From: a virus
Lineage: Duplodnaviria > Caudoviricetes
IMG/VR virus record: IMGVR_UViG_3300026442_000101
DNA length: 64,000 nt
Reading direction: 5' to 3' (one strand)
Part shown: piece after piece, positions 9,821-20,086 of the stretch
Numbering within the stretch: position 1 is the stretch's first letter
How the letters are laid out: each line of letters begins with the position of its first letter
Notes under the pieces: model-generated
Database searches by the model: none
What the model saw: the letters and a program-made list of their open reading frames with translations, nothing else
Told to the model about the DNA's origin: nothing
Translations under genes and position numbers: made by a program

Positions 9821-10369
9821 ATGACCGGTGTAGAACTTCTTATTGGAATGATCACCGAGGCTAACCGGGCTATGCTCGAAGAGGTTAACCTCGTATTGAC
9901 TACAAAGAACATCCGCTTCACCGATCTGTACCCAGGTGAGTGGGAAGGTGGATTCAACACCAAGGTCGGGGCGACTGGTTTCGGTCCAAGACTCGAAGGT
10001 ACCCACGTCTACTATTACAACCGTCTTGACATTCAGCAAGCGTTTGTCGATATCGGCGTGGATGAGGTAGTGGCGCAGGTGGTGGGTGAAGTCACTCCAG
10101 CATCTATCCTTGCGGCACTCGCAACCAAGCACAACCTCTGGCTGCGTCTCGATGACCTGAGCGATTACACCTACGTTGATGGCGTGGCTGTCTTCACCCT
10201 CAAGCCAACGTCCTACGTGTGGCTAGGGACGCTCACCGTCACCGTTGTGAACGAACCCCTGACCTTAGGCGTCATGTTCCCCTTCAACGTCTTAAACGGC
10301 CTCGTTGAGCCTGGTGGCGTTGAGATGACTGATGGCGGGATTTACGAGGAGCTGATCCAGCAGCCGTGA
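9821..10369 (+). CDS. Virion structural paralog (tail/baseplate fibre family, YxRL domain)
   Basis: NTKV...YYYNRLDI...LxLDD motifs shared across the array. Confidence 0.7.
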   Translation: MTGVELLIGMITEANRAMLEEVNLVLTTKNIRFTDLYPGEWEGGFNTKVGATGFGPRLEGTHVYYYNRLDIQQAFVDIGVDEVVAQVVGEVTPASILAALATKHNLWLRLDDLSDYTYVDGVAVFTLKPTSYVWLGTLTVTVVNEPLTLGVMFPFNVLNGLVEPGGVEMTDGGIYEELIQQP

Positions 10370-10411
10370 ATTCTATGACCTTCTGACCATCCATCAACCG
10401 AGACTTCGTGT

Positions 10412-10948
10412 ATGGCCACCGATTACACTAAGAGTGAAGCCGACATCATTGTCGACCTCATTCGTCAGGACAATGGACGCAAGCCACTCACCAGTTCGAT
10501 GGTGACGTTCGGTACGCCAAATGTCTACATCCCTCAGCCCGGGGTGAACCGCAACACTGTCGTGGTGGTCACCGCTCGCCCCGGCCAGACGCTCGAAGGT
10601 AGCCACAGCTACTATTACAACCGGGTACCACTCCCCCAGTTTGTAAACCCCAACGTCCCGGACATCTTGGAATTCGTGATCGAAGGCGAGACCAAGCTGT
10701 CTGAACTTCTCCCTCGAATCAATGAACGCCTCAACATCAACCTTGGCGTGAGTAAGATCTTCGACCGGGACATCCCTGACTTCGAACAGATCGGTTCTGC
10801 TGGAGAAGACATCGAACTTAAGGTGACCTCCAACTCGTTGGTGTTCCTGAGCTCGATCATGATCCACGTCAAACCGGTCCTCATCCCTCTGGGCGCTGTC
10901 ATCAAGACCAAGCGCATGGACGGCCTCACTTACGCACCACCTGTCTGA
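10412..10948 (+). CDS. Virion structural paralog (YxRL domain)
   Basis: FGTP...RNTVV...YYYNRVPL...GLTYAPP. Confidence 0.7.
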   Translation: MATDYTKSEADIIVDLIRQDNGRKPLTSSMVTFGTPNVYIPQPGVNRNTVVVVTARPGQTLEGSHSYYYNRVPLPQFVNPNVPDILEFVIEGETKLSELLPRINERLNINLGVSKIFDRDIPDFEQIGSAGEDIELKVTSNSLVFLSSIMIHVKPVLIPLGAVIKTKRMDGLTYAPPV

Positions 10949-10960
10949 TGCAGCATACAT

Positions 10961-10989
10961 GGGGAGGGCGACCTCCCCTAAATATGCCG
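10961..10989 (+). terminator. Hairpin followed by TATGCCG
   Basis: GGGGAGG-GCGA-CCTCCCC, then TAAATATGCCG. Confidence 0.6.
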
Positions 10990-11085
10990 TAAATGTTGAC
11001 GAATGCTATAGGGTTGGAGAAGGAAAACCAATTCTATGCATTGGCTATTTATAGCCTATCCCGAAAGCTCTCGAGAGTAATGAAG

Positions 11086-11631
11086 ATGGCCGACAATCTG
11101 ACCCTTGCGCCCAAAGAGGTGCTTTGCGCCCTCATCAACCGCAACAACACCGCACAGGGTGCCGCGCTGACTCCTGAACTGGTAGACTTCGGTCTCCCGA
11201 CTCAGTCCGCCGGCGCCAAGAACACCGACATCACCGTAACCGCCAAAGTAGGCTCCGGTTACACTGGTGCTGAAGTCATCAACTATGACCGCGTCCACCT
11301 GCAGACCGACGTGGTCAACGCCTACGTGGCATCCGCTGCAGGTCGCGACGTAGTCTTCGCTGTTGGCAATGCTGTCAAGATCTCCGACATGATCGCCGAG
11401 ATCAACTCGCGTCTGGCTATCAACCTGACCCCCGACGACTACGTTGACGCCACCCTGCCTGAGTTCACCGGTGTGGCCAACGAAGAGTTGGACGTCCAGG
11501 TTACTGCCAAGGCCGACTCGCTCTGCTACCGCGGCAGCTTCACCTTCAAACTGAAGGCTGAGGACATCCCGCTGAGCGAAGTGATCGTGACCAAGGTCCT
11601 GAACGGCCTGACCTACGCGCCTCCGGCCTGA
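11086..11631 (+). CDS. Virion structural paralog (YxRL domain), probably abundant
   Basis: MADNLTLAPKEVL...FGLP...NTDI...YDRVHL...GLTYAPPA; strong codon bias; the track start at 10993 is probably too early. Confidence 0.7.
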   Translation: MADNLTLAPKEVLCALINRNNTAQGAALTPELVDFGLPTQSAGAKNTDITVTAKVGSGYTGAEVINYDRVHLQTDVVNAYVASAAGRDVVFAVGNAVKISDMIAEINSRLAINLTPDDYVDATLPEFTGVANEELDVQVTAKADSLCYRGSFTFKLKAEDIPLSEVIVTKVLNGLTYAPPA

Positions 11632-11715
11632 TGGGTCTCCGATCAGACATAAGCACGGACGAGGGGAGGGCACACCCCTCCCCTCGTCCTGTCTGCCCGC
11701 GCTAGGAGATGCGTT

Positions 11716-12519
11716 ATGTTTCTGTTACCAGGCGGATCGGAGCAGGCTCTGGTCGACGCCATCAATGCCGTAAACGAACTGCCGACTCCACTTGCCCCCG
11801 ATGACCTGTATCTAGGCAAGTTCACCCCAGTGCCTAACGGCCAGCCGGGTGAGATCTCGCTACCTGTAGTGGCGATGTACAACAGCGACTTCGAAGGCTA
11901 CGTTCGGTTCACGTACAACCGCCTTGATCTCGGCAAGGTCTACGGTACTGTAAAGCCGTCGATCAGACGTGTCGGTTATCCGACCCTCTACAGGTTGCTG
12001 CCGATCATCAACGAGACGCTGGGTCTTTCTCTCACCGAGAACGACGTGGTCGATATCTCGATCACCTGGCTCAACGATAACGAGCAGATCAACATCCCGA
12101 TCGTGGCGAAAGCCGAATCGCCGGTGTATGAAGGTCAGTTCGTAGTCGAGTACGTCCGCGTACGTCCAGAGCTTGCCACCATCGTCTTCCGCGACCTCGA
12201 CGTGCTGAAGCACCCGATCGATCCTGCGCTAGGTAAGAAGTCTATTGCCATGCACACCTGGTCGATGGACTTCACCGATTTCCAATCGGAACTCCTCCTT
12301 CGAAACGGTACGTGGTGGGATATCACTCGCGTCAGGAGAGTGATGGATAAGTTCGGCATGCCTAACTGGCCGCAGGTGCCGACTTCGCCGTGGATTTCTG
12401 TACAGTCCACCAAAGACGTCCCGACTGCCAACAAGTCGTTCACTCACGTTATCGTACAGCGGGATGTCAATCTGCCGGATATGGTTGGCGACGCTTACAT
12501 TCATTTCAACCGTAGCTAA
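11716..12519 (+). CDS. Virion structural paralog, two-domain (YxRL plus HxN-ending C-domain)
   Basis: YNRLDL; ends GDAYIHFNRS. Confidence 0.7.
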   Translation: MFLLPGGSEQALVDAINAVNELPTPLAPDDLYLGKFTPVPNGQPGEISLPVVAMYNSDFEGYVRFTYNRLDLGKVYGTVKPSIRRVGYPTLYRLLPIINETLGLSLTENDVVDISITWLNDNEQINIPIVAKAESPVYEGQFVVEYVRVRPELATIVFRDLDVLKHPIDPALGKKSIAMHTWSMDFTDFQSELLLRNGTWWDITRVRRVMDKFGMPNWPQVPTSPWISVQSTKDVPTANKSFTHVIVQRDVNLPDMVGDAYIHFNRS

Positions 12520-12530
12520 GAGGCTCGCTC

Positions 12531-13361
12531 ATGGCCTTGTATAATGATCCACTCGACACTATCTTGGAGTCGATCAAGACGCTGAACAACGGCGTCTCGC
12601 TGGGGCGTGACGAGTACAACTATTCGGCACCTGGCGTAATCCCAGTAGAAGCCTCCGGCGTCAACACCACCATGACCATTACCTCGCCTGGACCGCAAAG
12701 TCCGTATGCGGGCGAAGTCACGGTGAAACACATCCGCTTGAATCTGGCTGACCTGCTGGTCCTGATCCCTTCTGAAGTAGCGGTGAGCGGCGTGACTACC
12801 ACGCTCGCTTTCGCCCAACAGCTGAACAGCATCTACGGTTTGGCTTTCACTGAAGACGACATCGTCAACGAGCCGGTCGCTCTACCGAACGGTACCGGTC
12901 AGATCACCCTGACCGCTGTAGCTACCTCTCGCGGCTGGATTGGTTCCGTTACCTTCAACGTGGTGCCTGGTCGTCAGAAGCTCGATGAGCTGATCACCGT
13001 CACCCGACTGGATGGCCTGAATTATCCTGACCCGTACGAAGGTAAGCCTTTCGGCAACGCCTACAGCTACTGGCGCGATTATTCGGCGCGCTACAACCTG
13101 CTGGATGTTCTCGTAGCGGGAGAGGGCGGGGATCTGGTGAATGTCAAAGACGCCCTCGTCTACATCACCGGTGACGCGTGGGTTACTGAGGGTTCCAGTC
13201 GTTACTCTCTGGAAGGTACCGAGATTCTCTACGTCGGTCCGACGTCTGGTTACCTTGAGACCAACCAAGCCTACGCCAAAGTCGTGGTGGTGAAATTGGG
13301 TACTGCGTGTCTCGGTTTCTCCGGACGCATGTTCCTCCACTACAACCTGCCAGTTACGTGA
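12531..13361 (+). CDS. Virion structural paralog, two-domain
   Basis: HIRLNL; LDGLNYP linker; ends GRMFLHYN. Confidence 0.7.
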   Translation: MALYNDPLDTILESIKTLNNGVSLGRDEYNYSAPGVIPVEASGVNTTMTITSPGPQSPYAGEVTVKHIRLNLADLLVLIPSEVAVSGVTTTLAFAQQLNSIYGLAFTEDDIVNEPVALPNGTGQITLTAVATSRGWIGSVTFNVVPGRQKLDELITVTRLDGLNYPDPYEGKPFGNAYSYWRDYSARYNLLDVLVAGEGGDLVNVKDALVYITGDAWVTEGSSRYSLEGTEILYVGPTSGYLETNQAYAKVVVVKLGTACLGFSGRMFLHYNLPVT

Positions 13362-13369
13362 GGTGAGAG

Positions 13370-14146
13370 ATGGATAGCGCTGAGAAACTCCGTCAGTTAC
13401 TCAACGACGAGCAGCTGCCACCAAAGCTCTTCACCGAGCGCAACCTGATCATGCGCATCCCGGAAGCCGATGTCGGTGAGGGGTGGAACACCAAGCTGGA
13501 ACTTGAAGGCATCCCGGGTCGCGGCTACTACGGTACCGATGAGGTCTTCTATAAGCGTATCCCGCTTGAGCTGATCCAACGCGTCACACCGCTGCGTTCT
13601 GTCGCTGCCCTGACGCCACAGCTCGTGGTAGACCTCTTCAACGCCAGTACTGGCGCATGGCTGATCCTTGACGACCTTGAGGAGTTCACTCCTCCAGAGT
13701 TGGCTGACGGCGAGAGTGGGTCGGTTACCATCACGGCTAAGTCCACTTCGTTGGGCTTCACCGGTTCGGCGTTGATCAATCTTGAGTACGGTCGTTCGTG
13801 GCTGGATTCCGTAGTCGCATCACGTAACCTCAATGTCCTGACGCATCCCATCAAGGTCGACTATCGAAAGTCGGCCCGCATGCTGACGTGGTCGAAAGAT
13901 TTCACGTCGTTGCGCGATTCCATGCTGCCGGTTAAAGGCATTTATGCCGACTGGGAGATCTTCAGCGCTGCGTGTGGTGAAATGGGTATCCCGACTTGGG
14001 TTCGCGCCAGCTGCACTGATTACCCGACTTCAGCCATACCCGACAGCAACCCCGCTTTCCATCGTGTAGTCATCCAACGAAACGTGGTGAGTGGTGGAAT
14101 GATCGGGGATCTGTACTTCCATTACAATGTCCTCGAAGAGATGTGA
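13370..14146 (+). CDS. Virion structural paralog, two-domain
   Basis: WNTKL, YKRIPL; ends GDLYFHYN. Confidence 0.7.
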   Translation: MDSAEKLRQLLNDEQLPPKLFTERNLIMRIPEADVGEGWNTKLELEGIPGRGYYGTDEVFYKRIPLELIQRVTPLRSVAALTPQLVVDLFNASTGAWLILDDLEEFTPPELADGESGSVTITAKSTSLGFTGSALINLEYGRSWLDSVVASRNLNVLTHPIKVDYRKSARMLTWSKDFTSLRDSMLPVKGIYADWEIFSAACGEMGIPTWVRASCTDYPTSAIPDSNPAFHRVVIQRNVVSGGMIGDLYFHYNVLEEM

Positions 14147-14149
14147 CCC

Positions 14150-15097
14150 ATGCCTCTTTACAAAAAGCCCTCGAAAGACTTGGTGTACGACCTCATCAAC
14201 GAGGCGAACCCACAGCTTGAAATTCCAGCCTCGGCACTTAACGTGTCGCTCGGTGTGCCGGCAGCCATTGCCGGTACGTCCTGGCCGGCAAACAACACCA
14301 ACATCGTTCTATCCCCAGCGCCAGGCAGCGGCGACTTCATCGGTCGCCAGACCGTCAGCTACCGTCGCCTGGATCTGTCGGCCTTGTTCCGTGGCCAGAC
14401 CATCCTGATCAAGAAATTCAAGTCTACCGCCAGCTCCAGCTCGGGCACTTTGATGTACACCGTCTATCAGCTGTTGGCGGACATCAACTCTCGGTACGGG
14501 ATGAACCTGACCGAAGACGACGTCAACAATGCCAACATCCTACGGGGCAGTACCCTGGAAGACGGGCAGTACACCACTACCGTTACAGTGAGCACCAAAG
14601 CGACCTCGCTCGGTTATACCGGCAGCTTCTCTCTGAAGTGGCTGAACACCAAGCAGTCGTTGGAAGACATGATTACTGTCCGCACGCTGGGCGGTCGTCT
14701 CTTCCCGGGCGGTAACGACTTCAGTGGGGCGCACAAAGAAATTCTCGCCATGGCCGGTTACGGTATCGATGGCAGCGATGCACTTCGTCGAACCAGCTCG
14801 ACCTGGAACGGTACGGCTACGTCAGGAGTCGTCGCCGCAGCGCACCAAGTGTGGCTGTCCGCCATGCTGGATGATATCAACATCAAGTGCGGCACCAGCT
14901 ATAAATGCACCAACGGCGGATCGTACCTGACCACCAACGAGTTCTTCGGCATGAACTACACGATCGTAGTCCTGCCGCACGCCAACTACCCGGACGCGAA
15001 TACGACAGACTTCAACCGTCTGTTCATCATCACCGCGCCGGCGAACTGTCCATGGGCGGTTGGTGATCTGTACGTCCACGCCAACTACCCGTTCTAA
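14150..15097 (+). CDS. Virion structural paralog, two-domain
   Basis: YRRLDL; ends GDLYVHAN. Confidence 0.7.
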   Translation: MPLYKKPSKDLVYDLINEANPQLEIPASALNVSLGVPAAIAGTSWPANNTNIVLSPAPGSGDFIGRQTVSYRRLDLSALFRGQTILIKKFKSTASSSSGTLMYTVYQLLADINSRYGMNLTEDDVNNANILRGSTLEDGQYTTTVTVSTKATSLGYTGSFSLKWLNTKQSLEDMITVRTLGGRLFPGGNDFSGAHKEILAMAGYGIDGSDALRRTSSTWNGTATSGVVAAAHQVWLSAMLDDINIKCGTSYKCTNGGSYLTTNEFFGMNYTIVVLPHANYPDANTTDFNRLFIITAPANCPWAVGDLYVHANYPF

Positions 15098-15110
15098 GGA
15101 TAGGTGAACC

Positions 15111-15986
15111 ATGAGTTTCCTCACTCCGTCCAGACAGGACATTTTGAACTACGTCAACTTGGCGAACAGTACCTCGTACGTGTTGGCTGACGTGACGTTC
15201 GGTACGCCTGCGCCGACCGAAGGTAGTTGGCAGGGCAACGTTACCGATAAGAACACCGTCGTCCGCATCACTGCGGCTGCAGGCGGTACGTTCCAGGGCA
15301 GCGCGGTTGTCGTTTACGATCGCCTCAATCTGGCGAGCCTTGCGAACATCAAGGGTTTCAAGCCCCGCGTTACCGCGCCAGCGACCACGCACGATCTACT
15401 CGCGTCGATCAAGTACTTCACCGGCTTGAGCTTGTCGGTCAATGACATCGAAGCTACCCCAATGACCGACAATGGCAACGGCACCTATTCCGGTACCCTG
15501 ACTGCCAAAGCTGGATCGTGGGGATGGTACGGGAGTCTGCCGATCACTGTGCAGAAGGGCGGCGATCGCCTGAGCGACATCATTACCGATGTTACGCTCG
15601 ACGGCCTGAACTACCCGACGACGTCGGATCAGGAAATCTACGGGGCACTCTACATGTACCCGTACGACATGACCCCATACTTCAACACTCTGATCGATCT
15701 GGAAGACGGCGTAGCGCTTACCACCGAGCAGGTCAATGCCTTGGTGTTGGCGTTCAACGCGGTGGACGTTTCGTCCGGTAAGGGTCTGTGGACTGGTAGC
15801 GGTGCTGCCACTACCTGGACGCTGGGCGGTGCCAAGTGTGTGCGTAACGGCCTCAACGGCTCCGACCTGCCAACCAACCCTGGCTACAAATACGTGGCTG
15901 TGATCGAATTGCGTGCTGACGTCACCACTCCTCGCGGCGTGATGTACCTGCACTACAACGACTACACCGATCCTAACGCCGTTTAA
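15111..15986 (+). CDS. Virion structural paralog, two-domain
   Basis: YDRLNL; LDGLNYP; ends GVMYLHYN. Confidence 0.7.
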   Translation: MSFLTPSRQDILNYVNLANSTSYVLADVTFGTPAPTEGSWQGNVTDKNTVVRITAAAGGTFQGSAVVVYDRLNLASLANIKGFKPRVTAPATTHDLLASIKYFTGLSLSVNDIEATPMTDNGNGTYSGTLTAKAGSWGWYGSLPITVQKGGDRLSDIITDVTLDGLNYPTTSDQEIYGALYMYPYDMTPYFNTLIDLEDGVALTTEQVNALVLAFNAVDVSSGKGLWTGSGAATTWTLGGAKCVRNGLNGSDLPTNPGYKYVAVIELRADVTTPRGVMYLHYNDYTDPNAV

Positions 15987-16030
15987 CATCCAGCGGGTCC
16001 CTTCGGGGACCCTTCGCTAAGGAGCGAGTT

Positions 16031-17056
16031 ATGTTACGAGCTATGCTCGGCTTCGACCACTGTCCCCGGAACGTGGCCAACAGCTGGATTGCCAACTCCG
16101 GCTATTCGATCGAACGCTATTACCTGGACACTGGTGTCGGTCGTGACATCATCGTCGATAACAATGCCAAGTTGTCCATCTCTGCCGGCAACACTGCTGG
16201 CCGTACCTTGCACGTCCTGAACCTCAGTCAGTTCCTGGTCCCGAACGCAGCCAACAGCTTTGTATTCGGCTATCGGGCGAAGATGGAGACGGCCGGCGGT
16301 GCGGTTGGTGACTGGGCGCTATGGGTGGATTACCAGCGTGGTAACACTGGCGCAACCATCCTCAACCTCGGCCATATTTTCGGCACTGTTACGGCCGGTG
16401 TCGAGGCGTACATCGAGATCGTCATCCTGACGTCCGGCGCTGTAGAGTTCTGGAAGGACGGTGTGCTGGTCAGTTACAACGCTACTCTTTTGAGCGGCAT
16501 GATTGCTCAACTGAAAGCTGGTAACTTCTCCCTCGTCTTGCTGGCAGCTACCGCCAACACCCCTGCCGTGATTTCGTATCGCGACTTCTACTTGCTCGAT
16601 GACGTGCCTGGCGATGGTTTCACTTCCCGTCTTGGTTCCCGCGTCGTACGACCGGTCACTATTGACGCTGTTCCGGTGTCTACCGGCTGGAGCGCAACGA
16701 ACTCGCAGACTCCGCTGGAGATCCTCAGTGCACCGATCGATACCGCGAGTCCAGGTCTTCTGACCTCGTCCGTGGGCGCTCAGGCGCTTGAGGTGAGTTT
16801 GAAGTCGACCATCCCGGCCAACACCAAGGTGGAAGCGATTCAGCTCATGGCGGGCGCACTAGGCAGCACTGCGGCTTCTCGCCTAGGTTTCTCTCTGAAG
16901 GATGCTAACGGGGTTACTTCTCGTCGAGTAGTCACGCCAAGCACCACCCTCAAGTACGGTTTGCCGACCGGCTGCTGGACTCGTAGCCCGAGTGGACAAG
17001 AGTGGACCAACGCCACCATCGATAGCACGTCGCTGGTGATCACCCCTGATCTGTGA
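16031..17056 (+). CDS. Putative lectin-like (ConA/LamG-like beta-sandwich) tail protein
   Basis: Beta-rich; YIEI...G.VEFWKDG, YRDFY...RLG and WTxxxI motifs shared with 18959 and 20087. Confidence 0.55.
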   Translation: MLRAMLGFDHCPRNVANSWIANSGYSIERYYLDTGVGRDIIVDNNAKLSISAGNTAGRTLHVLNLSQFLVPNAANSFVFGYRAKMETAGGAVGDWALWVDYQRGNTGATILNLGHIFGTVTAGVEAYIEIVILTSGAVEFWKDGVLVSYNATLLSGMIAQLKAGNFSLVLLAATANTPAVISYRDFYLLDDVPGDGFTSRLGSRVVRPVTIDAVPVSTGWSATNSQTPLEILSAPIDTASPGLLTSSVGAQALEVSLKSTIPANTKVEAIQLMAGALGSTAASRLGFSLKDANGVTSRRVVTPSTTLKYGLPTGCWTRSPSGQEWTNATIDSTSLVITPDL

Positions 17057-17066
17057 GTAATCGGCT

Positions 17067-18095
17067 ATGACGATTTCCGTTCGTAACGCGCTGGGTTATG
17101 CATTAACCCGGCCAGCCGGGACCAACACTCTGCGTAACGTCATTGGTTACGCGCTGACGTTACCGGCAGCTGATGCAGTCGTGAAAGGCGGCGACGTAAA
17201 TCTGCTGGCTTCTCGCGAGCAGATGTTGTACCAGCTCGTTGTCAAGAGCAACCCCAAGATGGCCAGCTACGCCGCTACCGACATTGCCTTCAGTAGCGTC
17301 ACTGCCATGAACGCCACTATAGCTCCAAGCGGCGGCTCGTCGCTGATGCCGGATACTTCGGCGATCGTGAAGGCAGCAGGCTCCGGTAGTATGATCGGAC
17401 AGCAGACCGTCTATTACCGCCGCATCGACATCAGCAAACTGTTCAAGGGCAGGACGCTGACGTTGAAGGTGCCCTACGCCATGGGCACGACTGCGATTAC
17501 GAGGGCTCAGGCTCTAGACTTCGCTGCTCAGCAGTTTGGCATCAGGATCCCTACCGATGACGTTAACTTCACGTCTTGGTCGTTCCCTGCAAACAATAGC
17601 CTCAGTATAGTCGGAACGAGTCCTTGTTTCAAAGGGACGCTGATCATCAGGGTTGAGCGCGATAAACAGCTCCTGAGTTCGGTGGTTGGGGATCGAACCT
17701 TTGCCGGCCGGTCTTGGCCAGATGCGATGATCGACGTGGGCGATGGAACCAAGCCGCAAGGCGAACTGCTGTTGTACGACATCGATTACAGTTCCCAGAA
17801 ATCGGTATTGAACAACCTATCTTCTGGCACAGTTCCTGACGTCAACACCACCGGGAGTCTTGCTGCTGCGATGAACGCAGTACCTAACAACTCAGGGTAC
17901 GCGTTTGGTAATCAGCGGTGCGATACCCCGCCTGGGATCTTACTGGCGCGAGCGACACGGTATACGCTGCCTAACGCAGCAATTCCCGAGGCCAACTCGG
18001 CGCAATACAATCGCTGTGTTGTTATCGAAAACGTCGATTACCCGCAGTATCCGTCGTGGTGGGCGGGGAAGATCATCCTTCATTACAATGTCTAA
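17067..18095 (+). CDS. Virion structural paralog with 2 N-terminal RNxxxYAL repeats
   Basis: VRNALGYALT / LRNVIGYALT; YRRIDI; ends GKIILHYNV. Confidence 0.7.
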   Translation: MTISVRNALGYALTRPAGTNTLRNVIGYALTLPAADAVVKGGDVNLLASREQMLYQLVVKSNPKMASYAATDIAFSSVTAMNATIAPSGGSSLMPDTSAIVKAAGSGSMIGQQTVYYRRIDISKLFKGRTLTLKVPYAMGTTAITRAQALDFAAQQFGIRIPTDDVNFTSWSFPANNSLSIVGTSPCFKGTLIIRVERDKQLLSSVVGDRTFAGRSWPDAMIDVGDGTKPQGELLLYDIDYSSQKSVLNNLSSGTVPDVNTTGSLAAAMNAVPNNSGYAFGNQRCDTPPGILLARATRYTLPNAAIPEANSAQYNRCVVIENVDYPQYPSWWAGKIILHYNV

Positions 18096-18106
18096 CGGGG
18101 CAACCT

Positions 18107-18601
18107 ATGTCAGTTTATACGGAATCCAGGGCTGATGTGATCGACCTGTTCCTGAAAAAGACTGGCTTGTCGATCCCGACGGCTGACCTCATCGTCAGCC
18201 GTCCGAAGGTGAACGATGATCCAGCTCGCCCTACAACCAACACCCAGGTCAAGTTTACGGTGGCGGATACCAACGCCAGCTACAGTGGTAGCGAGGTATT
18301 CCACTACAATCGGCTAGACTTGGCCAGGTTGGCAAACTACCCAGCGCCGGACTACCCGCCGATTACTAACGTCGGGGTGTCGGTATACGCGCTGCTAACG
18401 CAAATCAAAAACGCCATGGGGTTATCCTTCACCCCTGACGATTTGGTGGAGACGTTCGTGACCGGTACCGAAGGTAACACGTCCATCCTCCTCAAAGCCA
18501 AGACCACTTCGCTGGGATGGATCGGTGAGTTCAACCTACCGCTCGGTGTTCCGCCGCTGCTGAGCAGCATCTTCGTCAAAGACTTCGTTCTCTGGAGCTA
18601 G
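18107..18601 (+). CDS. Virion structural paralog, N-domain only
   Basis: MSVYTESRADVIDLF...TNTQV...YNRLDL. Confidence 0.7.
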   Translation: MSVYTESRADVIDLFLKKTGLSIPTADLIVSRPKVNDDPARPTTNTQVKFTVADTNASYSGSEVFHYNRLDLARLANYPAPDYPPITNVGVSVYALLTQIKNAMGLSFTPDDLVETFVTGTEGNTSILLKAKTTSLGWIGEFNLPLGVPPLLSSIFVKDFVLWS

Positions 18602-18603
18602 TA

Positions 18604-18948
18604 ATGGCTAACGATATCAATTGGGTCCGTTACGGATTCCACATCAACGACCCGGCCGTCAAGCCTGTCGCTGAGCAGTTCGAGACCGGTGAAATCGTCG
18701 ATATCGAGAAAGGTCAGTTGCTCGCTGATCTGATGAACGAGATCGATAAGAAGGAAGGTAAGGGTCAGTGGGTCAGTAATGACGAACTGCCCGGCAACTT
18801 CAACTTCAACGGCTGTTACGTCGACCACCGCGGGCCGAACAGCTTCAACTATCCGACCAAGGGTACCATGCAGAACGTGTTGATTCTGTCGTTCCCCTCC
18901 TCGGCTGTACAGCCGGTTGGTCGCATCTACATTCCCTACAACGACTAG
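18604..18948 (+). CDS. Virion structural paralog, C-domain only
   Basis: Ends GRIYIPYND, like the C-domains of the two-domain paralogs. Confidence 0.6.
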   Translation: MANDINWVRYGFHINDPAVKPVAEQFETGEIVDIEKGQLLADLMNEIDKKEGKGQWVSNDELPGNFNFNGCYVDHRGPNSFNYPTKGTMQNVLILSFPSSAVQPVGRIYIPYND

Positions 18949-18958
18949 GAGTTGAGTC

Positions 18959-20044
18959 ATGCCTATTCTTTCTGTTGAAGGGATGTTGGATGCCCTCCCC
19001 GGCGCCGGTCACAACAGTGCGAGCGTCGGTACGGCATTGCTTGGCAGTCCATACCTGATCTTCGCAAACTCTGCCGCCACCTTCAGTGAGGTGACCATCT
19101 CCAAGGATGTGAACGGTTGGCTGAACACCCGCACAGGCCCAGCCACCGGCACCACGACGCAGACCACCAAGTACTGCGGCATCAGCCGACTCCTTTCTGA
19201 CTACACGACGATTGCGGCGAGCACGTACCTTTACGGCGGGGTGCGTCTGAAGGTATTCGTCAACGCCACCCAGCTTCCAATCGTAACGCTCCATGACCGG
19301 AAGAGTCTTCCGAATACCCCCTCGAACCAGGTGGTCATCTTCAACTATCAGGATATCCCGGGCGGTGTGGTGGCTGGTCAAGAGTACTACTTCGAATGGG
19401 CCATCGATATGGCTGCCGGTAAGGTGTATCGTCGCCTTGATGGCAATCGTATTGCCGACGTTACCCTATCGGCCGCTAACATCACTGCGCTACTAGCGCA
19501 GGGGTTTGGTATCTGCTACGGCTTTGCGGCTGGTTACTCCGTGGCGATGTCCACTGTGGTCGGATACAGCATCAAAGACATCTATGTCGGCGAGAAAGTG
19601 GCTGGCGAGACTGTCGACTGGCTGGGGCCTCGCTCTGTGGTGCCTGTCGACTTCAACGCGTTGGATTCGCAGTGGCTTGCCAGTGCCGGCACACCGCTCA
19701 GCGCACTGCAGACCCCGATCAACGATAGCGCTTCGCTAAACGCGCCGTCGGTCACTTCCGATGTGGCGGGTACCCCTGGTACGTTCACCATGAACACCCC
19801 AGCGGTTACCGGCATTATCAATGCCGTAACGCTCACAGGCCTGGCCAAGCGGCAAGCAGGTTCGTTGGGCGGTCTGAAGGGCGCTATTAAGTCTGGCAAC
19901 AACCAGATCGATGGTCAGCCCAAGAACCTGGATCTTACCTACACCTACGTCACCCTCGGTCTGTATCCTAAGGCCCCAGGTAACGTGTCGTGGACTAAGG
20001 AACTACTGGGTTCGCTCAGCACCATCGTCACGCCGAGTAACTAA
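18959..20044 (+). CDS. Putative lectin-like tail protein
   Basis: Paralog of 16031 and 20087 (EYYFEW...G.VYRRLDG, IKDIY...WLGP, SWT). Confidence 0.55.
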   Translation: MPILSVEGMLDALPGAGHNSASVGTALLGSPYLIFANSAATFSEVTISKDVNGWLNTRTGPATGTTTQTTKYCGISRLLSDYTTIAASTYLYGGVRLKVFVNATQLPIVTLHDRKSLPNTPSNQVVIFNYQDIPGGVVAGQEYYFEWAIDMAAGKVYRRLDGNRIADVTLSAANITALLAQGFGICYGFAAGYSVAMSTVVGYSIKDIYVGEKVAGETVDWLGPRSVVPVDFNALDSQWLASAGTPLSALQTPINDSASLNAPSVTSDVAGTPGTFTMNTPAVTGIINAVTLTGLAKRQAGSLGGLKGAIKSGNNQIDGQPKNLDLTYTYVTLGLYPKAPGNVSWTKELLGSLSTIVTPSN

Positions 20045-20086
20045 ACATCGCACGGGGAGTGGCGACACTCCCTACGAGGATTTCCC

